NCBI GenBank assembly: GCA_040954595.2
Contig: CM082584.2
Coordinates: 3,972,110-4,036,109 of the forward strand
Origin: Balanoglossus misakiensis
Taxonomy: Eukaryota > Animalia > Hemichordata
Direction: 5' to 3'
DNA length: 64,000 nucleotides
Shown here: positions 25,901 to 37,900 of the stretch, piece by piece
Layout of the letters: each line of letters starts with the position of its first letter
Position numbering within the stretch: the first letter of the stretch is position 1
Notes under the pieces: generated by a model
What the model was told of the DNA's origin: nothing
Database searches by the model: none
What the model saw: only the letters and a program-made list of their open reading frames with translations
Translations under genes and position numbers: made by a program

Positions 25901-28900
25901 GCCGTTGGCTGCGCTACGCTAAAAGACCCAAGGGTCAGGTATGGACTATTGTTAGTATGGCTCTTATTGGTCAATAAATACGAACATTGTGATTGGACGA
26001 ACGCTATTTCCAACATTACAACTTCGAAGTTTGAGTTTGTTTGCCAATCAAAATATGCTTTGGTGAAGTTGAATGAGAAACACTCCTTATCAAACTATCG
26101 AATAGTCTGGTCCTCTGCCCCATTCCCACTGCTGGCTGCGCTACGCTAAAGGGAAAGGAGTCAGGTACAGGCCGATCTTGGCCAAAAACCTGGCCAGCGT
26201 ATTATAATGAAACAAAGACCACGTGATCATAAACAAGATGGATGCCTCCAATGTCCGTATGCCAATGAGAGCCATGTTTACAAAAGCCTGTGCCTCAGAC
26301 CCTTTCCTTTAGCGTCGCGCAGCCAGCAGTGGGAATGGGGCAGGGGACCAGACTAGTCACATAACAGCTTGTCTGTGAGCGCATTTACACACTCTTGATC
26401 CCCCACTCCCAGTGGCCAGGAGTGTGAGAATGTTGTATTATTAGTTCTCTGATATAGAAACCACATCCAAAACAACTTAGGTACTTTTCTGTTCTTATTT
26501 TTTAGGAATAATGAATCAAACAAAATCAGACTTGGGCAAGAAAATGCTAAGGTAAACATGTAGTTACAAATGTGAGAAAAATTATTGAATGGTGAGAAGA
26601 TTTTTGTATTTATCCAAACTTGCAAACAAAAATGAACCAGTACATTACAAGTTCCCCTGGATAGTCGCAAATAAAACTTTTTGACCGTACAACTGTATTT
26701 CTCCTGGCTAGAGCCCAGGGATCTGAACATCGAACATTTACCAGGGGAATGAGGGGTGCTCTTGTCCTAGCACCCACCTTTAAATGTTAAAAAACTGTTG
26801 TACAGTAGATTTGCTAAAATAGAACATTTTATTTACTGAGAAGTAAAAGGATTGTGTTATACAATAATACATACCTGATGTACAAGATGACAAGAAAATA
26901 TTAAATGGGAAAAAAAATGTTGACAAACTTCAATATTACCTACTTCTATTTTACTCATCAATTGTTTATTTCAACTGTAAACATCAGCTGGGGCTCTAAA
27001 TAACAGGATATTTTATAGATTAACCCTTTCACCACTATGGTCCGTTCCAAATCCAATGTTTTCTATGGGAAGATTGGACCTCTATAGAGGAAACTGGGGG
27101 TGAAAGAGTTAATGGAAGTGGGGCCTTTGCCTTCAGGAGCAAGAGCCTCTACCAAGAGAAATACAGTAGATTAAGTTTGTTTGAACCAATATTACAATGG
27201 ACAAGATAATTGACTTGACAATTTTCAACATATCCTACGGGTAAAGATAGAGTTGGATGAATGACAATATTACATACAAACATACATGGAATCCAAAGAC
27301 CATTTATATCTTCATCAAGTTTTCAAAACCAAGAATCCCTTCCCATTTACTATAATGCTGTGTCCCCAATCATGAAAAATTGTTTTGATTTGCTCAGGAT
27401 GTGGTTTTTGAGACCTGTACAGGATATTGATCTCCTGAAGGAAAGACAAGCTGCAATCAGTTTTTTTGTCTCACCAAGAAATATTGAAGTATGCTCATCT
27501 CTACAAGACGCTCTACGGAATATCAAGAATGTCGCTGTACGTAGATTGTTTTTCTACTAAGTATATTTATGTATTTTGAATGACAATTTTTTCAATTTCA
27601 TTATAGTTCATATCAATTTTTGCTACAAGTAGACATATACTGTACTTACTTATAACAAATATATCCTGTGCGTAGATGTTTTTATTTTTGAAAAATACCA
27701 TATATCCGCTGTTAATTTTAGATAAATTCTCTTTGTATTTGAATTTTCTTTGATAGTTTGCATTGTGTGTGTGCATTGTATGTGTTAGAGTGAAAGGTCC
27801 ATCGTTTGAGGGCGCTCCATATGTTAGCACTCTTGAACGAATTGGATCCTGTGTGTGGAAGAACCAAATACATTAGTTTTATCAGAAACGTGTAGTACAT
27901 GTATCTGTAGTATATTGCAAACATATGGATTATGTATTATTGTTCTTTTTGTTTATTTATATTTCTAGAGAGTGTTGGGTCGGATGAAAACAGCTCAAGC
28001 CTCAATCGGTGACTGGCAAGCCTTATACCAGGTAATATACCAAGCTTATTCTATAGTTAGTCCATTAGCCAAAAGTTGATTTTACTGGAACTTACATGTT
28101 GCGAAGCTCAGAAAAAGAAAGAGTGTAAAAGACTTCAGAATCAGATGTTACTGATCAAATAGCCATATCCAGGTATAACACACATTAAATTATCTATATA
28201 TGAGTATGAGCTACCAAAAAATTATTGCAAAATTTGGATTTTGGTGTACAGAGAGGGGGGGGGGGGCAGATAAACATTGGAATTCAGGGGCTACTTGGAC
28301 CATACAGTGTTTGTCTACTGGTCAAGTAAACAGTGTTCCAATAATTCCCCTTGCGTAGTTGAGTTCAATCAAAAAGTATAAAACATCATTGAAATTACCA
28401 AACATGCACTTCACAAGATCCCTCAGCTGCTGTCTGATTCTTTTTTTTTTGTTAAAGCACAATAAGCTGTATTAAAACTTTGTTTGTATAAGCCTATAAT
28501 TTGCGCCACCCCAATTCTCTCCAAGTTTCATCAAGTCCTTAAGTTAATATTTTCACAATACTTAGTAAATAAATCTACAATAATTACACACTTTAAAGAT
28601 AACTTAGATCATTGATATGAAAGAGATATCTTGCCTTTAAATTATTTATTGCGTGTTACTTGTAGACTGCCTACAATGCAATATACATTGGTGATATATG
28701 CAGAGCTCAGACTGCTGATGTGGCCATCTTTAAGAAGGTGAGGAAACTTTCATAAGCAATTTACATTTACTGTCGTGTATTGGTTTTAGAAATGTAACAA
28801 ATGAGTCTGTTAATGTGTAAGAAAGAAGTCGAGACTTTCTAAAATAGTCAGTGCATGTTTTTTTCAATGTCACCTGTGATTTTTATTCCTGTACACCTAT

Positions 28901-31900
28901 TTCTGTGTAATTCCCAAAAGGGAGCACAGTGTCCTTGATGCTATGTTTTTCTGTCTGATTGCTTTGAAATTTGGGTTACAGGTTCATGATAGATTTAGCT
29001 AGTTTGTAATTTTCTTTATTTTTGGTCAAAAAGCACTACATGTATTGATTCAATGGATGCAAAATGCAAACAATAGATATGCAATGCAGTGGGCCATCTG
29101 AAAGTCTTCTTTGCACCTGCACTACAATGGTTGAGAGTTGAGACCAGGTCACAGGCCAAGAATGCACTATTTTGAGGCCCAACAAATTCAGTTTTTTCCT
29201 GTGATTTTTATATGAAAATGGGTGACTTGTGGTTGGTGAATCAACTTCTATTGGCCAACCAACCTCCCAGGACAGATATGAGATCATTCCTGGTGACCTC
29301 TCCTATTAAAATATTACACACTGCAATCTGAATGAATGGTAAGAAGTGACACCTTGGTTGCATGTAACTCCAGTTTGAGTTTCATTACGACAGGGACGTG
29401 GCTGTTTTCTTCATATGCTCTTTGTGCTAACACATTTATTCCAAACAGAGATGTTCACATAGCTGCATGTCCTGACAATGTGATATTTACAGGATTTGTT
29501 ATTTTCTCCTTTTTTTCGACAGATAAGCAGAACATTCACTGAGGATTTACATTATATTGCCGGCCTGATTATCAAAATTGTAAGACTTGGTTATTTTGTT
29601 TTAATGTCCTCCAGACAAACCCAGGATAGAGACATAGATTATCATAAGGCCAAAATAAAAAATATGTGCTGTTCCGATTACCCGACCTACCCTAATTTTA
29701 ACCCGCCGACCTTAAACTTTTTAGAGCTTCATTAACCTTCAAGTAAAAAATAATGTCAAATATACAAAATTTATAGAAAATTGTGCGAAATATGATGAAA
29801 TCGCGCGCATCACGCAAGAACTATGACATCTTTCTTCTACACTAACGCTGCAAGAGAAATAAAAAAAAATTCCCTACCTACCTACCCTATTTTAAAACAC
29901 AATGTAATCGGAACAGCACATATTATTTGGGGGGGGGGGCCTAATATCAATTATAATTTCTGTCCATGTACACTTCTGTTTATCTGCAGCCATTGAATAG
30001 ACATCAGTGAAAAGTACAGGATAAGTACCGGGCAACAGCAATATAGTTTTCAAATATGAAACCTGTAATTGAGAATGACTTGATTTACATGGATATATTG
30101 GTGATGATCTGATGTCTTTACAATGGTAAAATGATCAAAAAATAGTTTTGTTAATTTATTTAGTTATAGTGTAAGACACAGTATACATATTTTCATGACT
30201 ATCTATGGATGGGAATAATTCAATAAATTCATTTTTCAGTGATGAGAATTTCTGAAGTGAAGTCAAGATGTTATTTAGCTAAATACTTGAAGAGAAAAAA
30301 AATTCACTTGTTATTTCCAGGTGGATTTTGAAGAATCTGCTGTTCTGAACAAGTTTGTTGTGAAACCAAACGTAGACAAGGCTCTGGATGAAAGTGAGTT
30401 GACAATAGTAGATACATGTTACTTCTATTAAAGGGACAAAGTCTCTCTCTCGCTGCCCTTTTCCCATTAATTATTTTTGATACAAGACAATGTTTATGTT
30501 ATTCTACATGTGGATATATAGTGAATGAACATTCAATCACACACACCTTCCATCCCACTTGCAGACACAAGAGTGAAAAACTCGCCTAAATGAATAATTG
30601 TTCTCAACCATTTATTCATTTTAGGCGAGTTTTAACTCTCATATCATCACGCCACAGTATTAGCATGAGGTATATTATAATGTATGATAGAACGCCATAG
30701 GTTATGCCAGTAGGTGTATAATAATATTTATTGGCAATGACTGTATTCCAGAGAAGGAAACCTACAATGGATTGCCAGATTTTATGACCAAGATTGCCAG
30801 AGAGGAGTTGAAGAAACTTGGTGATGACATCAAGGAATGCAATGTGGTGTATTTACCTCAGCTGGGTTATCTACTGGCTATTCCAAGATCCTCAATTATG
30901 TCAGAGAAGCAAGACTTTCAAATGCCATCGCTTGAGTTTGTGGTGAGTCAACTTTGATAGTCTTGGTTCTACCACAGTACAGGACATTGATAACATTATT
31001 ATTTGTTGTTTTTGCTATTTAAAGGTATACGGTCACCTACAGAAATTTAGCTATAGTTACCATGGTAAACTTGAGATCTAGCCAATCACGGATTTTTAGT
31101 TCGTGGCACACGCGCGAAAAAAGAGCGCCACCATATGTTCTTTAGAATCTTCAAATACCCCATTTCAGCCATATATGGGCGTATGTAAATTGGAGGTGAC
31201 TGTAAACCTTTAAGTTTAAGTTTATACCATATAACCAAAGATGTTTCGAATATTATCCAAACAGTGATATTTTCCATGTTCACTTTGTAGTTCTTGTCAA
31301 ATAATACGGTTCATTACAAGAGTGCCAGTACAAGAGGTGAGTAAATGTTTGGCTGTTTCACACAGAGTTCATACAGTCCTGGAAAAATCGTTGAAAGTTT
31401 TTAAAATGTGAAACCTGGAAAATCTGTAAGAGTTAATAAACAAATCACTGCCAGAGAATTCCATCTATCGTGATGCCATAAACATGACATGTTTTAACCT
31501 GAAGCAATGACTGGCATTTTCAATCTGTTGATCTAACAGGGAGTATGTCAATGACATTGACTTGTTATTACATTACTTACCAGTAGCTTTGTTACAGTTG
31601 GGGAGAAATAATGAAAAGCTGAGAAGTTTATATGGATTGCCTGAGTGGTCACATGTTTGTGACATGTTTAAATTCAAGCAACCATTTGATAGTTCTATTC
31701 TGTTTTTTGGCCAATCTTACAGCAATGGAGTTCTGTTCTACCTTATATTATTTCAAATAGCCATAATAAACACCCTACTTTTCTCCATATGTGTGATTTA
31801 AAAAAATATTGTTAATATAATACTTTGAGTCGATCTAGATTACATTTTAATTACCAGGGTAATCTATTTTATTTTAAAATGTTTACTTTTTATATTATGT

Positions 31901-34900
31901 CAAATTGATTCACTTTATTTTATGTATTATTTATGCTTGATTTTACATTGTGGTTGTTTAATTTGTTGTTTTGTTTTGTTTTGTTTTGTTTTGTTTTGTT
32001 TTGTTTTCTATTGGTTCAACTGCCACACAAAGAGTTGCCTTAGGGGGGATGATAAAGAATAATGTTATTGGTGTTTGGTGTACACTTCAATCTTCAGAAT
32101 TGGATGCAATACTAGGAGATACTCAATGTGAAATAACAGGTAATATTATTTTACTTGAAACATTCTTATGTATTTTCCTGCTATTATATCCTTCTTAACA
32201 ATAGCATAATGAAAACAATGGATTCAGATTATGATCATAGCTTGGTTCTCCATGGTGTTTTTTTTTTCAAAAATATTAATAAATAAATAAATAAACAATT
32301 ATTTGTTTATTATGCCAATCAACAATAACAAACAAGCAAGTAAACTCTAAAACACAGAGGGAGAGCCTCCTGTGCTGAAACATGAACACAGATAGTATCT
32401 TGATAAGATACCTAGTCTAATTTGTATTTTGTACTATTGTATTGTATTGTATTGTATTGTATTGTACATGTATTTTGTTGCAGACCATGAGACAACTATC
32501 ATGCATAGACTTCAAAATAATATCTTAGAGCACAGTGAAGTCTTAAATGCAGTTCTGGAATATGCTGCTGAACTGGATTGGTAAGATGATAACAAAAAAA
32601 TATTTTCAAATATTTGTACCTGTGTGAATTCTATGGGATTCGTCACAAAATACATGTATGCGCATTGTACAGTTGGTAATTTTGAGCTATAAAGTGGCTA
32701 TTTGTAGTGTAGTAATAAAAGCCTTCTTGCAATATTTGTAAACCAGGGTCTCTCTATCAACAGAGATCATTAGTAAACTATTTATTATAGTATGTTCATG
32801 AACATGTTTTGTTCACAATTTAGTACACCGGTAGTCAGCAGAAATTGACAGGTATATACATGTAGAATACTGTAAAAGACTGTATTTTCGCGAGTTGAAA
32901 TTTTCGCGATATTGACAGATGCCACTGTTTCACGAGTATTAATTTTCGCGTTCTCTTATTTCATTCATGGCATCGTTATCTCCAGAAAAAATTTATGCGA
33001 CTTTTTATTTTCTTGCTATTTTGGTTCTCGCGTATTTTGCAAAAATTTATTGCTCGCGAAAATAACATGTTTTACAGTATTAAAGCCAACATGCATTTGT
33101 GTTCCTTTTCAGTCTAATATCACTGGCTGTATGCGCAAAGGAATATAACTACACACAACCAGTATTAACACAAAACAATGTAATACACATCAGAGGTGGC
33201 AGACATCCACTACAAGAACTTTGTGTCAGTCCATTTGTACCAAACGATACTCTATCTGGTGACAAAGGCAGCAAAATTAAATTCCTTACTGGTCCAAATT
33301 CAAGTGGTAAAAGTGTCTACATAAAGCAGGTAATGTACAATTCTCCCTAATTTAAATAGTGTTTTGCTACCTAAGTGAGTGATGAAAATCTTATACGGTC
33401 AACACAATTTCAAGATGGCCGATTTTTGCCATGAGAGTTCATAAGCTAATAAGTGATGATGGGTCATTCTGAAACTTTTTAACAAAAAATAACAGAATGT
33501 GAAAAAAAGTTTAATGAGTTTAATATGCTAACTACAAAGGCAAAAATGTTTTACCAAAGGAAGTCATGAAATACAATAAACAATATCATTTCTTCTATCT
33601 CTTAGTACAGTGGGCTGTCGACTTATCGCCCAGAATGCAATGTGATTTGACCCCCTAGCACAAAGTGAAAACTTATCTAAGGCAGACAGAATTGGATCTA
33701 TGATGATATCTGTCAGAAAAAAAATTGAGAAGCCGTGCGCTCCTTACCCAATCTGATTAAAAATCAGATGTAGAGTTAGGCGTTGTGTTTACCTTTGCTG
33801 ATTCTTGGCTGTTCTGGTTGGAAGGGGCCAAGACAGAGAACAGAACAGCCAAAGCTGAGAGAACAGAACAGCCAAAACTATCGTACCAGCGCCTAACTCT
33901 GCATCTGATTTTAATCAGATTGCTCCTTACCATGACACTGTCTATTAAGGTCATCTTTAGGAACAGAAAAACTGTCCTCAAATTAATAGAGAAATAGAGA
34001 GGTAACATTCAATGTGTCTGTAATGAAAGGTTTCACTGTATCACAGGCGAAGTAGGCATCCGTCACGATAAAAAAGTTAGACAGAGAAACAAACAAACAA
34101 GCAAAAAATAAAGAAACAACAACCACCGTCATGATAACAATTATTAGGGCCCAAGCCCAGCAGGCTTGGGCCCTATTGGTTTTACTGGGGTTTTTCTTCT
34201 ACTTCTTTTTCTTGTGTAGTTTTTTTCGTCAAGTACATCTTGAAAACGGCTGAACCTACAAATCTCAAACTTGGCACAATGGTGCAGGCCAATGAGAGCA
34301 TGAGTTGTACCCTTGTGAATGTTTAATTTGTCACGTGACCTGATGACCGTATATGGGCAAAATTTTCAAATCGGCCTAATTTGCATATGAATGGAGATAT
34401 CACAATTCTGTTAAGATGCTTTGTGGGCCATATGGCCAAGGTTGTACATGCCAAATATCAAGGCCATAGGCCAAGTCAATTTTGAGAAGAAGATTTTTAA
34501 GTATTATTTTTCATATTTTTCGCCCAAGCCATGGGCCTATACTTTACATAGGAAAGCTATGACCACATATTATTTTGGATAAATATGCATACATATCCCA
34601 AAATCTGTTAGGCCGATCATCTCAAACTTTGGTGTGCAGCTAGCCTAGCATTTGTCAATCATTTTAAGCGAAAAAAAATAATATGAAAAATCGACCAATT
34701 TTTTTATATTTATTTTTTTTTATTAAATTTATACCTTTACTTATACCTCTATAGTTAAGCTATGTACAGGTCTTAGTGTGGCATTCTGGTCTGTGCAACG
34801 GTCCTGTATAGTGACTGTCTATTGGGCAGTGAGCACAATGGGACCAAAATAACAGGCAAAATTTTGGGCTCACCTGTAACACCTGCTTAATACATTAATT

Positions 34901-37900
34901 ATGTGCATACCTAATTCCGGGCTAACTAATAGGGCTAGAGGTTTTGTTCTTGTGGGACACGGACCAGTATGGGGTCAAAATTTCTTGCCCAAATTTTGGG
35001 TGACCTCAGTAGACCTTTGACCTACTTTCCTATATCTCAGCACCTAGAGCAGGTACAGACTTGGCATTTGGAGGGTTGGGACTAAAGTTGAAAAGCCAAA
35101 ATGGGGGGTCACCTGTGACACCTGCATATCTCATTAATTATGTGCATACCTAATTCCAGGCTAACCAATAGGGCTGGAGGTTTGATTTATGCTGAACATG
35201 GACCAGTATGGGGTCAAATTTTTTTGCCCATATTTGGGTGACCTCAGGTGACCTTTGACCTACTTTACCATATCTCGGCATCCACAGCAGATACAGCCTT
35301 GGCATTTGGAGGCATGGAACTCCTGATGGAGCCTTAAACTTTATCTCATTAATTATACGCATACCTAATTGTAGGCGAACCAATAGGGCTAGAGATTTTG
35401 TTCTTGTGGGACACGGACCAGTATGGGGTCAAAATTTATTGCCCAAATTTTTGGTGACCGCTTATGACATTTGACCTTCTGCTTAAGCTTGGGCCCGTCA
35501 TCGCTGCTTGCAGCTATATTTGTACAAATGTATGTGCTTACGCTGTGTCTTGTGTTGAGCTGCCCACTCGCGTGATCAACCAGCTGACCAAAGAAGTGGC
35601 TTGTGTCAAAGGACTCGTCCGTATGCTAGTATATTACTATACATGTATTCAGTGGAAGCAGATCCTTTTTATTTTTATGAAACTCTATGTATATGTTGTT
35701 TAATATAAACAGATCTGGGTGTTGGTAACCTGTGTTGTGAGGGCTACTATGAAATTTTGCACGACATAACTTTTCATGCCATATAACATAACCTACATTT
35801 TGACAGGTTGGTCTGATTGTATTTCTAGCTCATATTGGGAGTTTTGTACCAGCCGAGTCTGCCCACATTTGTATGCTGGATAGAATCTTTACCAGGATTC
35901 ATTCCAGGGAATCTGTCACCACTGGCCTCTCCACATTCCTTATTGATCTTAATCAGGTGAGAATGTTACAAGATATTAGGTTTTTAAAGGGTGTGACGAT
36001 CGTCTTATGCGCATGTGCTAAACCAGAGACTCTGCATGGTTACAAAAATTGTATACAGTCAATGCCATAATTAAGGCAGTGTGCTGTCCTAACAACAGAC
36101 AAGATGGTGGCGACCATAGTTTGTGATGGAGACCAGGAAAAGACAGCCAATTGGGGGAAAAGAAGACACAAAACTAGAGTCTACTTAATATATGATATGC
36201 ATGAAATATAGAAGGAAGCGAAGGTAGTCCACTATTTGAATGCGTCAAGCGCAAAATTTGCAGAACATTTGGATTGGACGTAATGTTTGTACACACGAAA
36301 TTACGCACATGTGCATAAAGTCAATCGTCAGCCATTATTAACAGCTCGTATGTATTTCCATGTATTTCTTCATAATTGTGTGTTATTTCATAATTGGATT
36401 CATCAGCCAACAGATGAAAAAGCTCAGTTGTAGAATTCATTACCCACCCACGTCCACCATTCATGGATAATATACAATATTAAAAGAAGCTTGAGAAAGT
36501 AAAGTGTCTTGTATAAACTCTTTGAACCTGCAATTCTACACCAAAATATAGAAATTCAGTTGAACAATATCTGAAAAAATTGTTTCTCTAGGATGTGCAT
36601 GATCATAGTAAAGATTTATAACAAACTTTGTCTACAGTAAAACGGGTTATTTTCGTGAAATCAAAAGCGGTAACTGTTACATGAAGATTAATTTTCGCAT
36701 TCTCATATTTCACTAACTGCATCGTTATTTCTGAAAAACATTTTACGCAACTTTTTATTCACATGTTTTTTGGCTCTCGCGTATTTCGCAAAAAATTTTT
36801 ATTCACGAAAATAACCAGTTTTACAGTATTTTTTCTATAAATTTAATTCTGTTACATTCCATTGTTGTTGCTGGTTTCAAATACATAATAATAATTTCTT
36901 TATAGATTTGTGTGGCATTAAAGTATGCAGGTCAGCGTTCATTGGTCAGGGTTTTACATCACTTTTTACTTTTGGGAGTCCCTGGGACTCCTAGTGTTGA
37001 AAAATGGGGGTCCTACATCAAATCATGGGGGTCCCAATTTATTTCACCAGAATATTTTATCATTTTATCAATGCTGGAAATTAGAAAATCCTTCTGTGAA
37101 TGGGCAACGGTTGTAAGAATCAATACCAATCCAAATCATAAAATGATATTGTCTACAAGATATAGGGAGTAATTCCAAGATCAACTGTAGTATGGCTAGG
37201 GGTCCCATCTTGAACATCACCTTATGAGTGACCCTTTGACCTAAAGCATATAATATGGAGAATACCAGTACATGTACTCTCAACTTGGTCTTCTTAAAGT
37301 CTTATTCGAGAAATTTGCAGCTGAATCTATATTTAAAGTTTAAGTTCAGGGTTTTCAACAAAACTAAGACTTCTGGTACTCATGGACGGAGTTGGTTTCA
37401 GAGCAATAGGAGTCACGGTAGTTCACTGCTTGCACACAGCAAAGTGCGATATAGGCGTGATATCGCAGTGTAACTTATAATTCCCAAGAGGGTGACAGCG
37501 TGTGCGTAAACTGTATCAAATTCAACAATAAACCAAGTTTGCTACAAGTTTGCTATGAAACTGTTATCAGTATCGATTACAGGTCATAAGGTCATTAACT
37601 GTTTAATTGACTCTCTGTGTACGCGTACACCCATTAGATATCAGGAAACGCGCCACAAGGGTCTCAACAACAGACATATTTCATGCGTCCCAAGGGACGC
37701 ATGGTTTAGTTTTTGACGGGTCCCACGCCCAGTTTTGTGCGTAAAGGACGCAGAAATGCGCGTCATGTAAAACCCTGATTGGTGTTGCTGGATGAGTTTG
37801 GAAAGGGTACACAGACAATGGATGGAATAGCCTTACTATGTGGCTGTTTACAGCATTGGATAAACCAGGCCAAGAATTGTCCTCATGTCTTGGTATCTTC

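Noticed and set aside
31965-32465. (GTTTT)n and (TATTG)n tracts
   Set aside because: Ordinary intronic microsatellites.
34860-35470. CRISPR-like or coding repeat array
   Set aside because: Eukaryotic context; repeats are contiguous ~240-bp units without unique spacers, inside a Helentron-like element.
36945-37783. The exon-20 insertion as an introner (self-made spliceosomal intron)
   Set aside because: A GT donor exists at the left TSD, but there is no AG at the right boundary and an in-frame TGA precedes the resumed exon.
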